A stretch of 63,305 bases of DNA, filler included, from Saprolegnia diclina VS20 (Eukaryota): the NCBI RefSeq assembly GCF_000281045.1. It is 8 parts of one record of this genome, joined end to end, with 100 filler letters (N's around TTAATTAATTAA, not from the genome) between each part and the next. Parts side by side here need not be neighbours in the genome. Positions count along the whole stretch, not along the records: positions 1 to 29,506 come from NW_008246111.1; positions 29,607 to 34,337 come from NW_008246111.1; 6 more parts are not named here. One strand, written 5' to 3'. Both the position numbers and the translations under genes were made by a program. Positions 20,696-32,130 of this stretch are shown piece by piece. The notes under the pieces were generated by a model. The model made no database searches, was not told where the DNA came from, and saw only the letters and a program-made list of their open reading frames with translations. Within the stretch, counting starts at the first letter, position 1; each line of letters opens with the position of its first letter.

Positions 20696-20856
20696 TGCCG
20701 CGCCAGCACCTTGTCCCGCGGATCGCGTTCCTGCCTCCGCCGGCCTAGATCAAGATCAACACCAGCGCCTACACAACGAAGAAAGTCCGACAATTTTATT
20801 CAGCGTAGATTTACGTATCTATTTTAATAGACGACCCTCTTCAACAACAACAACAA
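20696..20856 (+). mobile_element. 5'-truncated non-LTR retroelement insertion with (CAA)5 tail and 10-bp target-site duplication
   Basis: TGTACATTCT occurs at 20686-20695 and again at 20857-20866; (CAA)5 at 20842-20856; the body is the reverse complement of 16053-16204. Confidence 0.85.
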
Positions 20857-22568
20857 TGTACATTCTGTGGCTGCAACGAGCAAGTGCATCGAATGGACCA
20901 CGGCCTAAAAGACACAAGGGAGAGTACGTCTAGTATGAACACTGACTGTCGGCGGAGTCAGATTGATTGTTGTGGGCGTCGCGGCGCAGGAGGGCCACGA
21001 CCATCAAGCGTGCCTTCGTAGGACATGTGGAAGGTGCCAGATTCGATCGCGCCACGACGATGGCGGCAGAGTTGTCAATGCGTAGAGAAGAATACATACT
21101 ATGCACGCCGCCACTCGACCACAGAAACGTGACCCAGTATGAGCTCCTAGAATGGCAATGGCGTTGCGCCAAGGGCATTTCATACCGTGCGGTTGTTAGC
21201 ACAGATGTCAGGCTGGTAGCTCACGACGCTGTCGAATGTGCTTATGTGTGCAAGTCATCTTCGTCTCGTACCAGTATTGGCTGAGGGTCATGCCTGCGAG
21301 ATCGTCATCCTGAGATGCTAGGTGGGAGGCTATACAACGAATGGATTGGGTGATTTCCATCATCGAGAATCAGCCAATGAACAAGTCGATACTTTTACAT
21401 TATAGCCAATTGCATCGGCTTCATCCCTGCTGCCACGAGGTCCTGCCACGTTCCCGGAAGCTTTCCACGTGTGCGAAGATTCTGTTAAAACAGATTATGA
21501 ATCGTTTGCGAGACTCCAAGAATAAATGCCTTACGGCGCCTCATTGTACGCTGGATGAAATCGTTTGGTTGCAAAGACAACCTACCGTACTTGATGCGTT
21601 GGCTACTCGGCCGCCACCTCGTCCACCACCTCTACGTCGCGGAATTCCGTCGTGCAAGAGACGCAAGTACGTCCTAGTTGATGCGGTGTCGGTTGCTGAA
21701 GCCGTCGACTGCTTCAACTTGGCAGCGGTAGTAGAGGTAGAAACGTTTCTAGCACGATCTGATGAGGGGTAGGCAGCTGGTGGCGCTCTGTGAACCTCTC
21801 AGGTCTTTCAGTATGCAAGAACATTAAGCGGTGGAGGCAGCGCAGTGACTAGAGTGGAGATGCCGGAATTTGTAAGCAATGCTGCCGAAGCGGCCGTCAC
21901 ATGATGAAGGTGCGTGGGCAGGCTTCGAATTTGCTGTGATTGGCAGTCGCCACTCTTCCCTTGCAGCATCTCGCCGGACGCAAAAATGAGTCGGCGGTGA
22001 AAAGACATGATAACTTTACTGGCACGCTACTTAATGGCCTGTCTAGCACGGACGCATGGGTGAACGAGCACCGTGTATGAGCGCGCTCATCCAAATGGCG
22101 AAATGACATTTCTGCATGCAAATCTTGACCCAATGACACGCCTTGTGGTCCTGCCACGTCGGCACCGCCATATGGACGACTTCAAGCTCGCGCACGTCAA
22201 GTTCGTGTCGAAACGGCACAAGTTTCTACGGCACTTCAAGGCGCTTCGTCATTTGTCGTTCGTAGTACGTACTCGCGTCGCGAGTCTTTGCACTAGTTTG
22301 ATATCTTTTGTCTGGACAGCCAGATGCTTGCACGTGTCAAGGCTCTCTACTTCCGCACCTACCGTATGCAGTCGCCGAGGCCGCACGATGTAGCCAATGA
22401 ACGCGCCGCATTTCCTTCAACGCACATCAGGTTCGCGCACTTGGCGGCCACAAGGCGGAAACAGCCGTGTCCATAGAACGCGTTTGGAACTGTGTCGGGC
22501 GACGCAGTAACCTGCGCGGGCCCGCTCGTCCATGCACTTGAAGTGCGCATTTCGTCTCTGACCGGAGC

Positions 22569-23276
22569 ATGCGCTTGCGGCTGGCCACATCCATGGCCGC
22601 TGCGATCGTCGCGGTAGCCCATGGCGGCAGCTGCGAAGAGCGGCGCTGCTGGACGCCGGCTACGCCGTGCCTCGACGGTGCCGGCGGGTGCGCAGCGCGG
22701 CAGCAGGACGGGCACTGCCCGAGGCAGACCACATTGTGCACGGTTGCAGTCCTCGGTACGCCTGTCGAGTCGGCGACTTCGAATGCGACCGCCAATGCGA
22801 CGCGCGCCGTGGCCATCATGGCGCCGTCGACAAGGGACACGAGTGGCAGCAAGACGTATGCACAAGGCGCCGAGCACAGCAGCAGCGGGTTCAACGCCGG
22901 CTCGGAGACGTACGCGCTCGTGGGCATCATTGTGGGCCTCCTCGTCGTGCTCTGCGTCGCGCTGCTCAATATTTATGTCCAGCGCAAGCGACGCACCAAC
23001 CTTCTCCTGGACTCGAACAAGTTTATTCCGCTGCCGCGCCCGAGCCATTACGACCAGCCGCGGCGAACGTTCTTGCTTACGACCATGACGTCGCGGTCGC
23101 TCTGTCCCGTCCTCGAAGATGAGCGATCGTCGTCTGAGTCCGAGGACTGGACGACCAACACTATGCAGTTTCAATTTTCGCCCAGCACGTTGCCGCTGCC
23201 CATTGTGCTACTCACCTCCGAGTCCCTCTCGGACCTTCCCGTGCTCCAGTGTGACGAGTACTCGCTCACGATTTAG
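22569..23276 (+). CDS. type I membrane protein: signal peptide, 6-Cys module, S/T/A linker, TM helix, cytosolic tail
   Basis: Signal MRLRLATSMAAAIVAVAHG; Cys module CEERRCWTPATPCLDGAGGCAARQQDGHCPRQTTLC; TM ALVGIIVGLLVVLCVALLNIYV followed by RKRR. Confidence 0.7.
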   Translation: MRLRLATSMAAAIVAVAHGGSCEERRCWTPATPCLDGAGGCAARQQDGHCPRQTTLCTVAVLGTPVESATSNATANATRAVAIMAPSTRDTSGSKTYAQGAEHSSSGFNAGSETYALVGIIVGLLVVLCVALLNIYVQRKRRTNLLLDSNKFIPLPRPSHYDQPRRTFLLTTMTSRSLCPVLEDERSSSESEDWTTNTMQFQFSPSTLPLPIVLLTSESLSDLPVLQCDEYSLTI

Positions 23277-24628
23277 TTCGCCATCTCCACTAACCCAAAT
23301 GGCATCTTATTTAGCTTATCGTTGCCGGTCTAGTGTGACATAGTAGATGGCTTTCACGCGTCTCTGCGGTCGGACGCTGCTCTCACACGCATGTGGTACA
23401 CGGAGGCAGAGCCTATAAGCACTGGTCGGCTGCGGCGCCATGAAGACTGTAGGCCGCAGCCATTCTCTCAGCAAGGCGGCTGCAGCGTCCGTTCCAGGAC
23501 TCGCGCAACAACTACAACCAAGTGTCACGTGTAAGAAGGGGTTCGTGAGCCTACGCATGTGCGGTCGTGCATGTTGCAGTCCATGGTGCATGGCTTATTT
23601 GTGTATGCCATTCATGCCCAGAACAGTGTCGAGCTTTGCGCGTCTTGGATGACTGCAGCGGTAACGTAGCGTGGGCTGCTCTGCTCTCCAAACTGCATTT
23701 TGTCACTGTATGCCAACTAGGGTGAATCCATTTCAAACGTGATGTTGTCGACAAGCGGCGCCGGCGTGCTGGCGTGGTGGTGGTCCGTCCACGATGGCAC
23801 TACGATCTTAGTTTGAGCGTGTCGTGCCACTCAGATGTGTCCAATGTCCACGACCAGAGTCATTTCGACCGTCCGAATATTGCCACAACAATCTCGACTG
23901 CACAAGCAAAATCGTTTCGGAGATGGACCATGACATGCACGCCATCATACAGCGTCATCACAAGAGGCGCGCTGTGGCCAGGCGTCGCCTTTCACCGGTA
24001 TGCTTGTCTGCGTCTACGCTGGTTGCCATCGATCGCAGTTCGGGCTGGCGTGCCTCCCTGCATGCGCTGGCCGTCGCTGCACGGACGCCACCACCTCGCG
24101 CCGCGCCATACCGCCCAATAACGCTGCATATTCAACCACATCGACGCGGCAACACTCGCAACTCACATCGATCGCGTCGGCTACGGCGGCGCCATGGCAA
24201 CGAACGCTGGGCTCAGGATGATTCAGGGTCCACAGCGCGGAAGGAGGCTCGCCGTCGGCTGGACCTGTGGCCGCGTCCACGCTGCGGGCATGCATGCGGC
24301 TACACATGGTTCATCGCTCGGGTAGGTACACATTGGCGTCGGCCGCACGAGGGTGGCGGTCGGTCGGCCATGGCGCCGGCGTCGGCAGCGTGGCGGTCGT
24401 ATTATTATTCGTCGGGTGGCAAGTTTATTTTATTGTCTCTGGTTCGCGTCGTTGCACTTGGAAATTGTATATGTTCTGTTAACGAGGCTCAAAGTCTTGT
24501 TAGAAGCACATCCATCCGCACCAACCAACCAGCCGATTTTCCGGATGCGTCCGGATACGGTATCCCCCGGGATAATTGGTTCCTATAGCTTGACACCACT
24601 CATTTGGCCTAGGGGCAGAGTTACTTTT

Positions 24629-24642
24629 TCATTTCCCAAAGT
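24629..24642 (+). promoter_or_regulatory. oomycete Inr-like core promoter of RPS5
   Basis: TCATTTCCCAAAGT in a pyrimidine tract 20 nt upstream of the ATG. Confidence 0.5.
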
Positions 24643-24648
24643 AAAAAA

Positions 24649-25399
24649 ATGGCCGAGACCGCTGCCGAAGTCAAGCTCTTTAACAAGTGGTACGTGTGCA
24701 TGGTTGATCCTGGCGAGGTGCATGGCCGTCGGTCGCGATCGCGGCCGATGGGCCACCGCAGTCGCCATGCGAATCCGAGCAGTGGCTCATGAGTTGTGCA
24801 GGACCTACGATGACATCAAGGTCAACGACGTCGCTCTGATCGACTACGTTGCCGTGTCGGGCAAGGCCGCCACGTTCCTGCCGCACACTGCGCAGCGCTA
24901 CCAGAAGAAGCGCTTCCGCAAGGCCCAGTGCCCGATCGTCGAGCGCTTGGTATGCGATTTGGGTTCCTAGCCGTGCGAAATTGACGGACTCGACGTATAG
25001 GCCAACTCGCTCATGCGCCACGGTCGCAACAGCGGCAAGAAGCTCATGGCGAACCGCATCATCCGCCACACTCTGGAGATCATCCACCTCCTCACGGACC
25101 AGAACCCGTTGCAGGTCGTCGTCGACGCTGTCATCAACGCCGGTCCCCGTGAAGACTCGACGCGCGTCGGTTCGGCCGGTGTCGTCCGTCGCCAGGGTGT
25201 CGATGTTTCGCCCTTCCGCCGCGTCAACCAGGCCCTCTACTTGTTGACCACGGGCGCCCGCGAAGCCTCGTTCCGCAACGTCAAGACCATCGCCGAATGC
25301 TTGGCCGATGAGTTGATCAACGCCGCCAAGGGCTCGTCCAACTCGTACGCGATCAAGAAGAAGGACGAAGTCGAGCGCGTCGCCAAGGCCAACCGGTAA
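24649..25399 (+). CDS. RPS5: 40S ribosomal protein S5 (uS7); introns 24690-24801 and 24950-25000
   Basis: Motifs [50 protein letters not shown] and [26 protein letters not shown]. Confidence 0.97.
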
Positions 25400-26201
25400 A
25401 TGGACTCAATACGCTCTTGGGCGTGGCTGTGGCGTGGCCGCTTTGGCCTCTGGTAACAGAAGCCGTCGCGAGCTACTACTAGGAAATGAAAGCTCATGCA
25501 ACGAATGCCATCGTGTGTGTGTGTTCCACTTGTCGTCGTCATGCTTCAGTTTGGGCGTGGAGGCTGTTGGTCGAGTCTAGTCGATTACATCTTGTCATGT
25601 GTAATGCCATGATTGTCTGCGCACCGACGAACAACAATAGGTCTCGACTAGCACGCTTCCTACCATGTCTATCACTTGGACTTGTCCTCATCGCTCGAGT
25701 CTGGTGGTGATTGAGTTTACCTACCGTCGCACCTCGACTCTCGAGCTGTTGGTGTACTCTGATCTTTGTGCGTTGGGACGCGTTGGCCCTCATAGCTGCT
25801 GCATACGCCTTGTGAGAGCTGAACAAGTGTTGGAGCATTCCGTTGTTGGCGTTGCCATCGCGGTCAGAGGAATACCTTGTCGGACCACGCGAGGTTCTTG
25901 CGCATGGCGACAGCTCATGGCGACTGGTCAAACCAGAGGGTACTGACCATATAGAGGTCCGGCGACGCTTGCGTTTGAGTGATTTGCTCAACAAGCGATG
26001 TCCCGAAGCTGCTTTTGTCTGGATGCACCCAAATATATTGCCGCCAATCCAAACCCCGTCAGCCTATCCATGGATTCCATTTTGGCCAATCGGATACCAC
26101 CTTTTTGACCACAAAATCCGGATAAAAACAGCCAATGAGATGGCACACAGAAAGATCATTCGCTATCCGGATTTTGAGACCAAAGTTGGGCAGTTGCCAA
26201 T

Positions 26202-27035
26202 ATGGTCGCCGGAGCGTGCTCGACGAAGGCAACGACGGGCGCCGACCCTGTGAAGCGCATCAACCAAGCAATCGAAACTCTGGACTGGCCAGCCGCGCAG
26301 GCTGCCCTCGACGTCATCGGCAACGACGGCTTTGAGGTCTGCTCGGCGACTGAGGCCGACTGGGACAGCTACGTCGAGTCCGCGGACCAACGGGTGAACC
26401 CGCGCTTTTTGGAGTATCGAAACAATGCGATATATCTCATCGAAATGGGCGGTGGTCTTCACGGCGACATTGTCGCTGGCATCAGCGAGGCGATGCTGGT
26501 GGCGACGAGCCCGGAGGCCACGGGGACAAACGCTCGAGTCCTCCGCCTGTACCATGAAACCCACATCAACAAGTCCAGCCGGCGTGCGATCGGCGGACTG
26601 CCCAAGCTCGAGCCCGACTGCTGCTGTGGTCCAGCAAGCCACATCGGCGCCATCAAGCCGGCCCACCTCCGCTGGAACGAATTCCATACGTTCAAGGTGG
26701 AGGTCGGCGTCTCCCAAGGCTGGCGAAGCATGGATGTCAAGGTCGCGCGATACTGCGCCTTTCCGGGCATTCGCTACGTGCTCTGCGTCATCGTCTCGCC
26801 GGACATGAGCGTCCGCGAGTACAAGCTTTTCGCAATCACCAACGACGAGCTGGAGGGGCCTGCCCCAGACCTCGTGCCTCCGACTCCGATCACGGCCGCT
26901 ACGCGCATCGTGCTGGATGGTCGTCGGCTCTTGGCGCTGCCGAACAACACGGCCCTTCCCGGGCGCTTTCCCGCCGAGGTGTCTTTCACTTTGCAACCGA
27001 TCTTGGACGCTGCTTCGATCCATGATACCGAGTGA
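26202..27035 (+). CDS. Uma2/DUF820-like PD-(D/E)xK restriction-endonuclease-fold protein, intronless
   Basis: LEYRNNAIYLIEM..H, then EPD, then KVEVGVSQGWRSMDVKVARY..FPGIRYVLCV, which follows the Uma2 pattern. Confidence 0.65.
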   Translation: MVAGACSTKATTGADPVKRINQAIETLDWPAAQAALDVIGNDGFEVCSATEADWDSYVESADQRVNPRFLEYRNNAIYLIEMGGGLHGDIVAGISEAMLVATSPEATGTNARVLRLYHETHINKSSRRAIGGLPKLEPDCCCGPASHIGAIKPAHLRWNEFHTFKVEVGVSQGWRSMDVKVARYCAFPGIRYVLCVIVSPDMSVREYKLFAITNDELEGPAPDLVPPTPITAATRIVLDGRRLLALPNNTALPGRFPAEVSFTLQPILDAASIHDTE

Positions 27036-28067
27036 CCTCGTCTCGTCTTGGTCCCGACTCTGCGCTCATGCCACCGCTCCATTTTGCTGTCATCAAAATA
27101 ACATCCATTTCGCTTTGTTCAGGCGCAACTACTATCCTCACGTGTCGGTACCAGCAGGGCTGTCAAGTCGATGCTGCCGCATCGTCTCAACCTTCTCGTG
27201 CTTCGTGTACATATAGATATACAAGCGCCATGTTGTGTTGTCCATAGAACTATCAAGTTGATATCTATGACGCATGGGCGCTGTACTCGTCGATGCGGCA
27301 GTTGGGGTTGCAGCCTTGGCCCAAGTGCTCAAACTCAAAGTCATCTTCATGGAAAGACATGCAGCAGCTCAGCGAGAGATGTACCTTGATGTCCATGTTC
27401 TTGCAGTGTACTTGTAGCGCAGTACATTTGTCGGGTATTTGAATACAAACACTTCGTTGGGTCTCAAACTCAAGATCATCCACGACAAGCACATGGTGCC
27501 CCCCGACCATGCCCGCTCTGCTTGTCGACGTGCGCTCAAATAAGTTATGTGTCGGCGGCTTTTCGTCCGTCGTTTGGTCGTTGAGCTGCGAACTCTGCGC
27601 GCCGCCGTGGTGGGTCGTCTTTTACTTGTCATTGTTGTCGCCGTGCTCACCATGGTGGATCGATGGCAACGACTCGATGAGCGCCATCGCTTCGTCGTCG
27701 CCAAAGTTGGGCGTTGGCGCAAACTCGACCAGCGGCAATGTCAAAGGACAGAAACGACCAAACAGATGTCACCGCTGTGCAACCACTGTGCCACCAAGGG
27801 TTCATATGTACAGGGGGACGGGACAAACAGACAATTAATCCCCCGTGGGGTCTATCTATTCACCTATCCTTTACTGTTTCCGTCTACCGCCACACGACTT
27901 TTCCTTTGACGCCCGAGTCAAATCCCAGACGTCCCTTCCCTTTATGTAGTTCACCAAATTTTCCACAAAAAAGAAATACACGTCACAACTCATAGTGATG
28001 GATTCAAACGCATTATTCGACAGCAGACGACGACTGACTGTACATGCAAGCTCGGCACCTGACGCGC

Positions 28068-29506
28068 TTACGGGCACCATACAAACGACGAGAACTTGAC
28101 GCAGTCCTCCTTGCCGTAGTTGACCACTTGGTGCGTGAGCGGCCAGAAGCACACGTTGCGGTTGCCTTCGCACTTGTCGCTCGGCGACGCCGTCGTGGGT
28201 GCCGGAGCCGTCGTCACGGGCGTCGGGTTGGTTGTCACCGGCGTCGGGTTGGTTGTCACCGGCGTCGGGTTGGTCGTCACGGGACTCGCGCTCGTCGGCG
28301 CCGGTGTCGATCCGTTGCGAATGTTGTCGTACTTGGACGTCGGGTACTTGATGTTGTTGGGCGAGAACGCCATGTTGTCCTTCCCGAGCGTGTTGTACAC
28401 TTGCGTGATGAGCGACCGCGGCGTGCCAGCCTTGGCGTCGGCGTCGCCCGACCAAAACATGGTGCCGCCGAGGTTGTACTTTTTGATGTAGTCGAGCTTG
28501 GCCGCGAGGCTCGTCGGCGACTCGTACGACGTAAAGACCTTGCGGTTGGCGTCGTAGCTGTACGCGGCGCCGAGCTTTTCGTCGTAGAACTCGGTCGCGC
28601 CGGGCTGCGGCAGTGCCTTGTAGTCCCACACCCCCTTGCCGTCATTCCCCGAGACCCACGAGCCGGCCGTCGGCGGTGTAAAGTTGCCGTAGAGACCCGA
28701 CGAGCCTTCGAACGACCGACCGTAGGCCGGAATGCCCATGACGATCTTGTTGCTCGGGCACCCGCCCTTGATGTAGTCCTGGATCGCGCCGTGGGCCGAG
28801 TACTTGGCGCCCGGCGGGTGGTTGGGGTCCTCAAACAAGTTGGCTTGGTGGTCCGTGTACGTGCTCCAGCTGCCCGCCAGGTCGTACGTCATGATGTTGA
28901 TAAAGTCGAGCTGCTCGCAGACCGCCTTGAAGTCCCAGTGGCGGTAGTTGGCCGGACCGGCCGGCGACGCGACGCTCAGCTCGGCCTTGAACGGCAGCTT
29001 GGCGAGCTCGGTCCGGATCGCCGTCAGCAGCGCCACAAAGTTTTGCATGTCATCCGGACGGTGCGGCACGGGCGGCGAGTCGTTCCCGCCCTCGACAGGG
29101 TACTCCCAGTCAATGTCGATAAAGTCGAGGCCGAGGTCCAGCATCATCTTGACCGAGCTCTTGGCGAACGTCGACCGACCGGCCTCGGTGCTCGCGATGC
29201 CGCTAAACTGGTCGCTCAACGTCCAGCCGCCGATCGAGAGACCAAACTTGGTGTTCGGGAACTGCTTCTTGAGCTTGAAGCCTTGGCCGAACGACCCGTA
29301 CACGTTGTTGCCCGTGTCGCTCCACGAGTCGGTCGGGTACCGCTTGTCGGTGGCGGCCCACGAGTCGTAGATGCCAACCGTACCATCGGTCGCGGGCTTG
29401 CCAAAGGCGTAGTTGATGTGCGTGATGCGCGACCAGTCAAGGTCGTAGAGGTGGAAGTTGCGGCCGTAGATACCCCACTCCATAAAGTAGACGACGTTCT
29501 TGTAGC
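28068..29506 (-). CDS. GH18 chitinase with P/T linker and C-terminal Cys-rich module; 5' end lost in gap
   Basis: THINYAF, SIGGWT, catalytic DFIDIDWEYP (DxxDxDxE), INIMTYD, GIPAYGRSF and LGGTMFW. Confidence 0.95.
28210..28283 (-). repeat. 21-bp coding tandem repeat (PVTTNPT)x3 in the chitinase linker
   Basis: Repeated gtcaccggcgtcgggttggtt units. Confidence 0.85.
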
Positions 29507-29550
29507 NNNNNNNNNNNNNNNNNNNNNNNNNNNNNNNNNNNNNNNNNNNN

Positions 29551-29562
29551 TTAATTAATTAA
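29551..29562. other. artificial six-frame-stop contig linker TTAATTAATTAA inside N runs (also at 34382, 37191, 42449, 47261, 56293, 58381)
   Basis: The identical 12-mer is embedded in N runs seven times. Confidence 0.95.
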
Positions 29563-30171
29563 NNNNNNNNNNNNNNNNNNNNNNNNNNNNNNNNNNNNNN
29601 NNNNNNTGAGCTCAATCGACCCATTTTGAGCGAGCAAATGACAAGTTTGCCTAAACGTACTAGAGAGACAGCATCGCCACTCGACTTTCATCATCCATGC
29701 ACGCATGAACTGATAAAACTTTTGCGACCTTTTCGGGGCCTCTCAGAGTCACTAATTTCCTGTAGAGGCGACCAAACTCAATTGAGCACGTTTTGAGCTC
29801 CGCGGGCCACGCCGACCGTGAGGCGTGATTTCGATTGATCTATTTAGTTTGAGTTTTGCACGGCCTACACAGCGTCATGACGTATACCTAGTGAGTGTTT
29901 TTCTTATGTATAGTTGTGACTTTTAAGCGCCAAAAGAGCTCACGATTCAGATACGTCACCAGTTAAACACTTAGATGTACGTACCTTAGCCCTGCATAGG
30001 GTACCTATGAGTTCTGAGTGCTTTCTCCAGCGCCAAGATCCCAAGAAATGACTGCAGCGCACACACACGTCGAGGTCGCCCGACCGAGTGGCGAGATCAC
30101 ATTTAATCTATATAAAACGAACCAACTAGTACAATGAGACAATAAGACGTCTATCGAAACACTTTTTTCTA

Positions 30172-31089
30172 CTAGTATGTCAAGGCGCTTGTAAAGTCCA
30201 GTAGCTCGAGCTCCAAGTCGGGCAGAATCATCGAACCAATGTCAGTCATCGGATCCACAAAGCCAAACGACGACGACGACTCGAACGGTTCGAGCCAGTC
30301 GAGTGAGGCTTGACCACGGTACTCCACGCGCAATACCGCGGGGACGTCAACGACGGTGACGGGGCTACGTAGTCCAAGAGTCGGGCGCGGCCACAGGGCA
30401 AGGCTCTTGGTATCAGTCGTCGAGAGAGTAGGCCGCTCCTGCGCATGCCGGCAGCAGACACCGCCCGTCCGCGCATGGCTCGTGCAGTCGGGGACAGCGC
30501 AGAGACGGCCGCCGCCGTGCCGCACGCAGCGCTGTCGTGCGTGCGCGCGTCGAAGACACCCATGGATGATGCAGGGTTTTCGTCGCGGCTCGATCGTCGG
30601 CAGCACCGTCGGCGTCGGCGGTAGTCGCGGGGGCGGCGTCACGGGAAGTTGAGCGATATTGCTGATGTTATTGATGCTGCTGCTGCTGTTGTTGTTTGGG
30701 TTGTTGGTGTGGCGAGCGTGACGAGCGCAAAAGCCGCGTGTGCGGGCGTGCAGCGGGCACCCGGGTGCGGCACACGGCCGGCCGCCGCCATGGCGCACAC
30801 AGAGACCGCGGGCGTGGGCCTGCGTCGTACAGCCGGGCTCGGAGCAGTGGCGTTTCGCCGTCGACTGACCGTGCGACGAGCAAAAGGCCCCTAAGCGGAC
30901 ATTGCGGTCGCAGGTCGGGTGGGCGCAGCGCAGCTTGCCGCCGTGGCGCACGCAGCGATGGCGCGCGTACACTTGGTTGTGGCAGCCGTCGTCGAGGCAT
31001 TGGAGGCGGTGCTTGTGGAAGTCGCATTTGACGCTCATCGGGAGGCGCGGGTTCGTACACCCGTTGAAGAAGCACGTTGGTACGAGCAT
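30172..31089 (-). CDS. oomycete Cys/His-repeat protein (C-x4-C...RG.C.RHGGG; WRKY19-like zinc-finger repeats)
   Basis: About seven repeats such as CSEPGCTTQAHARGLCVRHGGG, plus an acidic activation-like C-terminus. Probable start is MLVPTC at 31089. Confidence 0.8.
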   Translation of the reverse strand: MLVPTCFFNGCTNPRLPMSVKCDFHKHRLQCLDDGCHNQVYARHRCVRHGGKLRCAHPTCDRNVRLGAFCSSHGQSTAKRHCSEPGCTTQAHARGLCVRHGGGRPCAAPGCPLHARTRGFCARHARHTNNPNNNSSSSINNISNIAQLPVTPPPRLPPTPTVLPTIEPRRKPCIIHGCLRRAHARQRCVRHGGGRLCAVPDCTSHARTGGVCCRHAQERPTLSTTDTKSLALWPRPTLGLRSPVTVVDVPAVLRVEYRGQASLDWLEPFESSSSFGFVDPMTDIGSMILPDLELELLDFTSALTY

Positions 31090-32130
31090 GCTGGCGTCGA
31101 CGTCGCGTTTGCTCGAGTGACGGAGTCGTTTTGGGTTGTGCTGCGCACGGCCGTCAAACCCCAAAACAGACAGTACTTTGCGCTGGGACGCGCTGCGTTG
31201 AACATCTTTTCGACAAACGACTGTAGTACAAGTGTCCATGCGACCTACGCCGCCCTCGATACGTCGCCAAACGACTGCATCTGCACGTAAATTGGCGTCG
31301 CGCATCGACGCCGACCGGTCGAGTCTCTGCACTCGACGCCCTTGGTGCGCCGGCCTCGCCCGGGAATTGCAGAGGGCGTCGTCACGCCGCGGTTTTGATT
31401 GGTCAAATACGTGCCATCTGTCGACGAGCTGCACATCGTCACACATGGAGTTGCGCCCAGCACCACCCACGCTGCTGCGTTGGTATACTTATACGTGGAC
31501 GACGATGGCGGAGGCAGCGAGGCAGGCACGCTCTTTGGAGGCTGTCGGCTGGCAATAGAAAGGACATCGATTTGCGTCCAGATCGGAGTTATCGCTTGGA
31601 CGCACGTGTACTACAGGTACCGGGTACTACATGTATAAATCGCACGGTAGGGTGCCACGTACGGTACACCGGGGCACCGCTTGAACAAGATCAAGCCAAA
31701 GGTGGTGTTTTGTTGGCCCGAGCGATTGCGTGGTACGCGTGGTGCTGAGTTGTCGTGCGTTGTTGAAAATTCACCAAATCGAAAAAAATTCAGTCGACCT
31801 CATTGGTTCCTTTGTAAACGATGCGTCGTCATCTGCATGGCAATTGACGATAATGCTTCCTGCTTGGCTATTTTTTGGATCGAACTGTAGCCATTTGAAC
31901 ACTAGTACACGTTTCGCGCCACAACACACGCATGTGACAACGTTCTTTCTTTTGGTTGCGCGGATTCGACGCGAGCCAAGGCTTGGTTTGTATGTGGTAG
32001 GCAATGCTCGGGTCCATCCACCAACGACGGTACTAGCCAAAGACTCGTTCCCATTTTCAATAGCTCATACTCGAACGGTTAGACATGGTCCAGAATCCAC
32101 CTTTTCTAATCTTATTCTTGCGATAGGACC

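Noticed and set aside
16053..20848. 152-bp inverted repeats apparently forming a TIR (Pack-type) element around the two unknown membrane genes
   Set aside because: The right-hand copy has its own 10-bp TSD and (CAA)5 tail, and the left copy continues into an ORF2-like sequence. They are independent retroelement insertions in opposite orientation, and no TSD flanks the whole unit.
20930..24400. Short ORFs with faint LRR- or ankyrin-like wording (21340-22260, 24014-24307; also 40700-41650 and 53980-54800)
   Set aside because: Interrupted frames and weak similarity; probably decayed gene copies but not supportable without a search.
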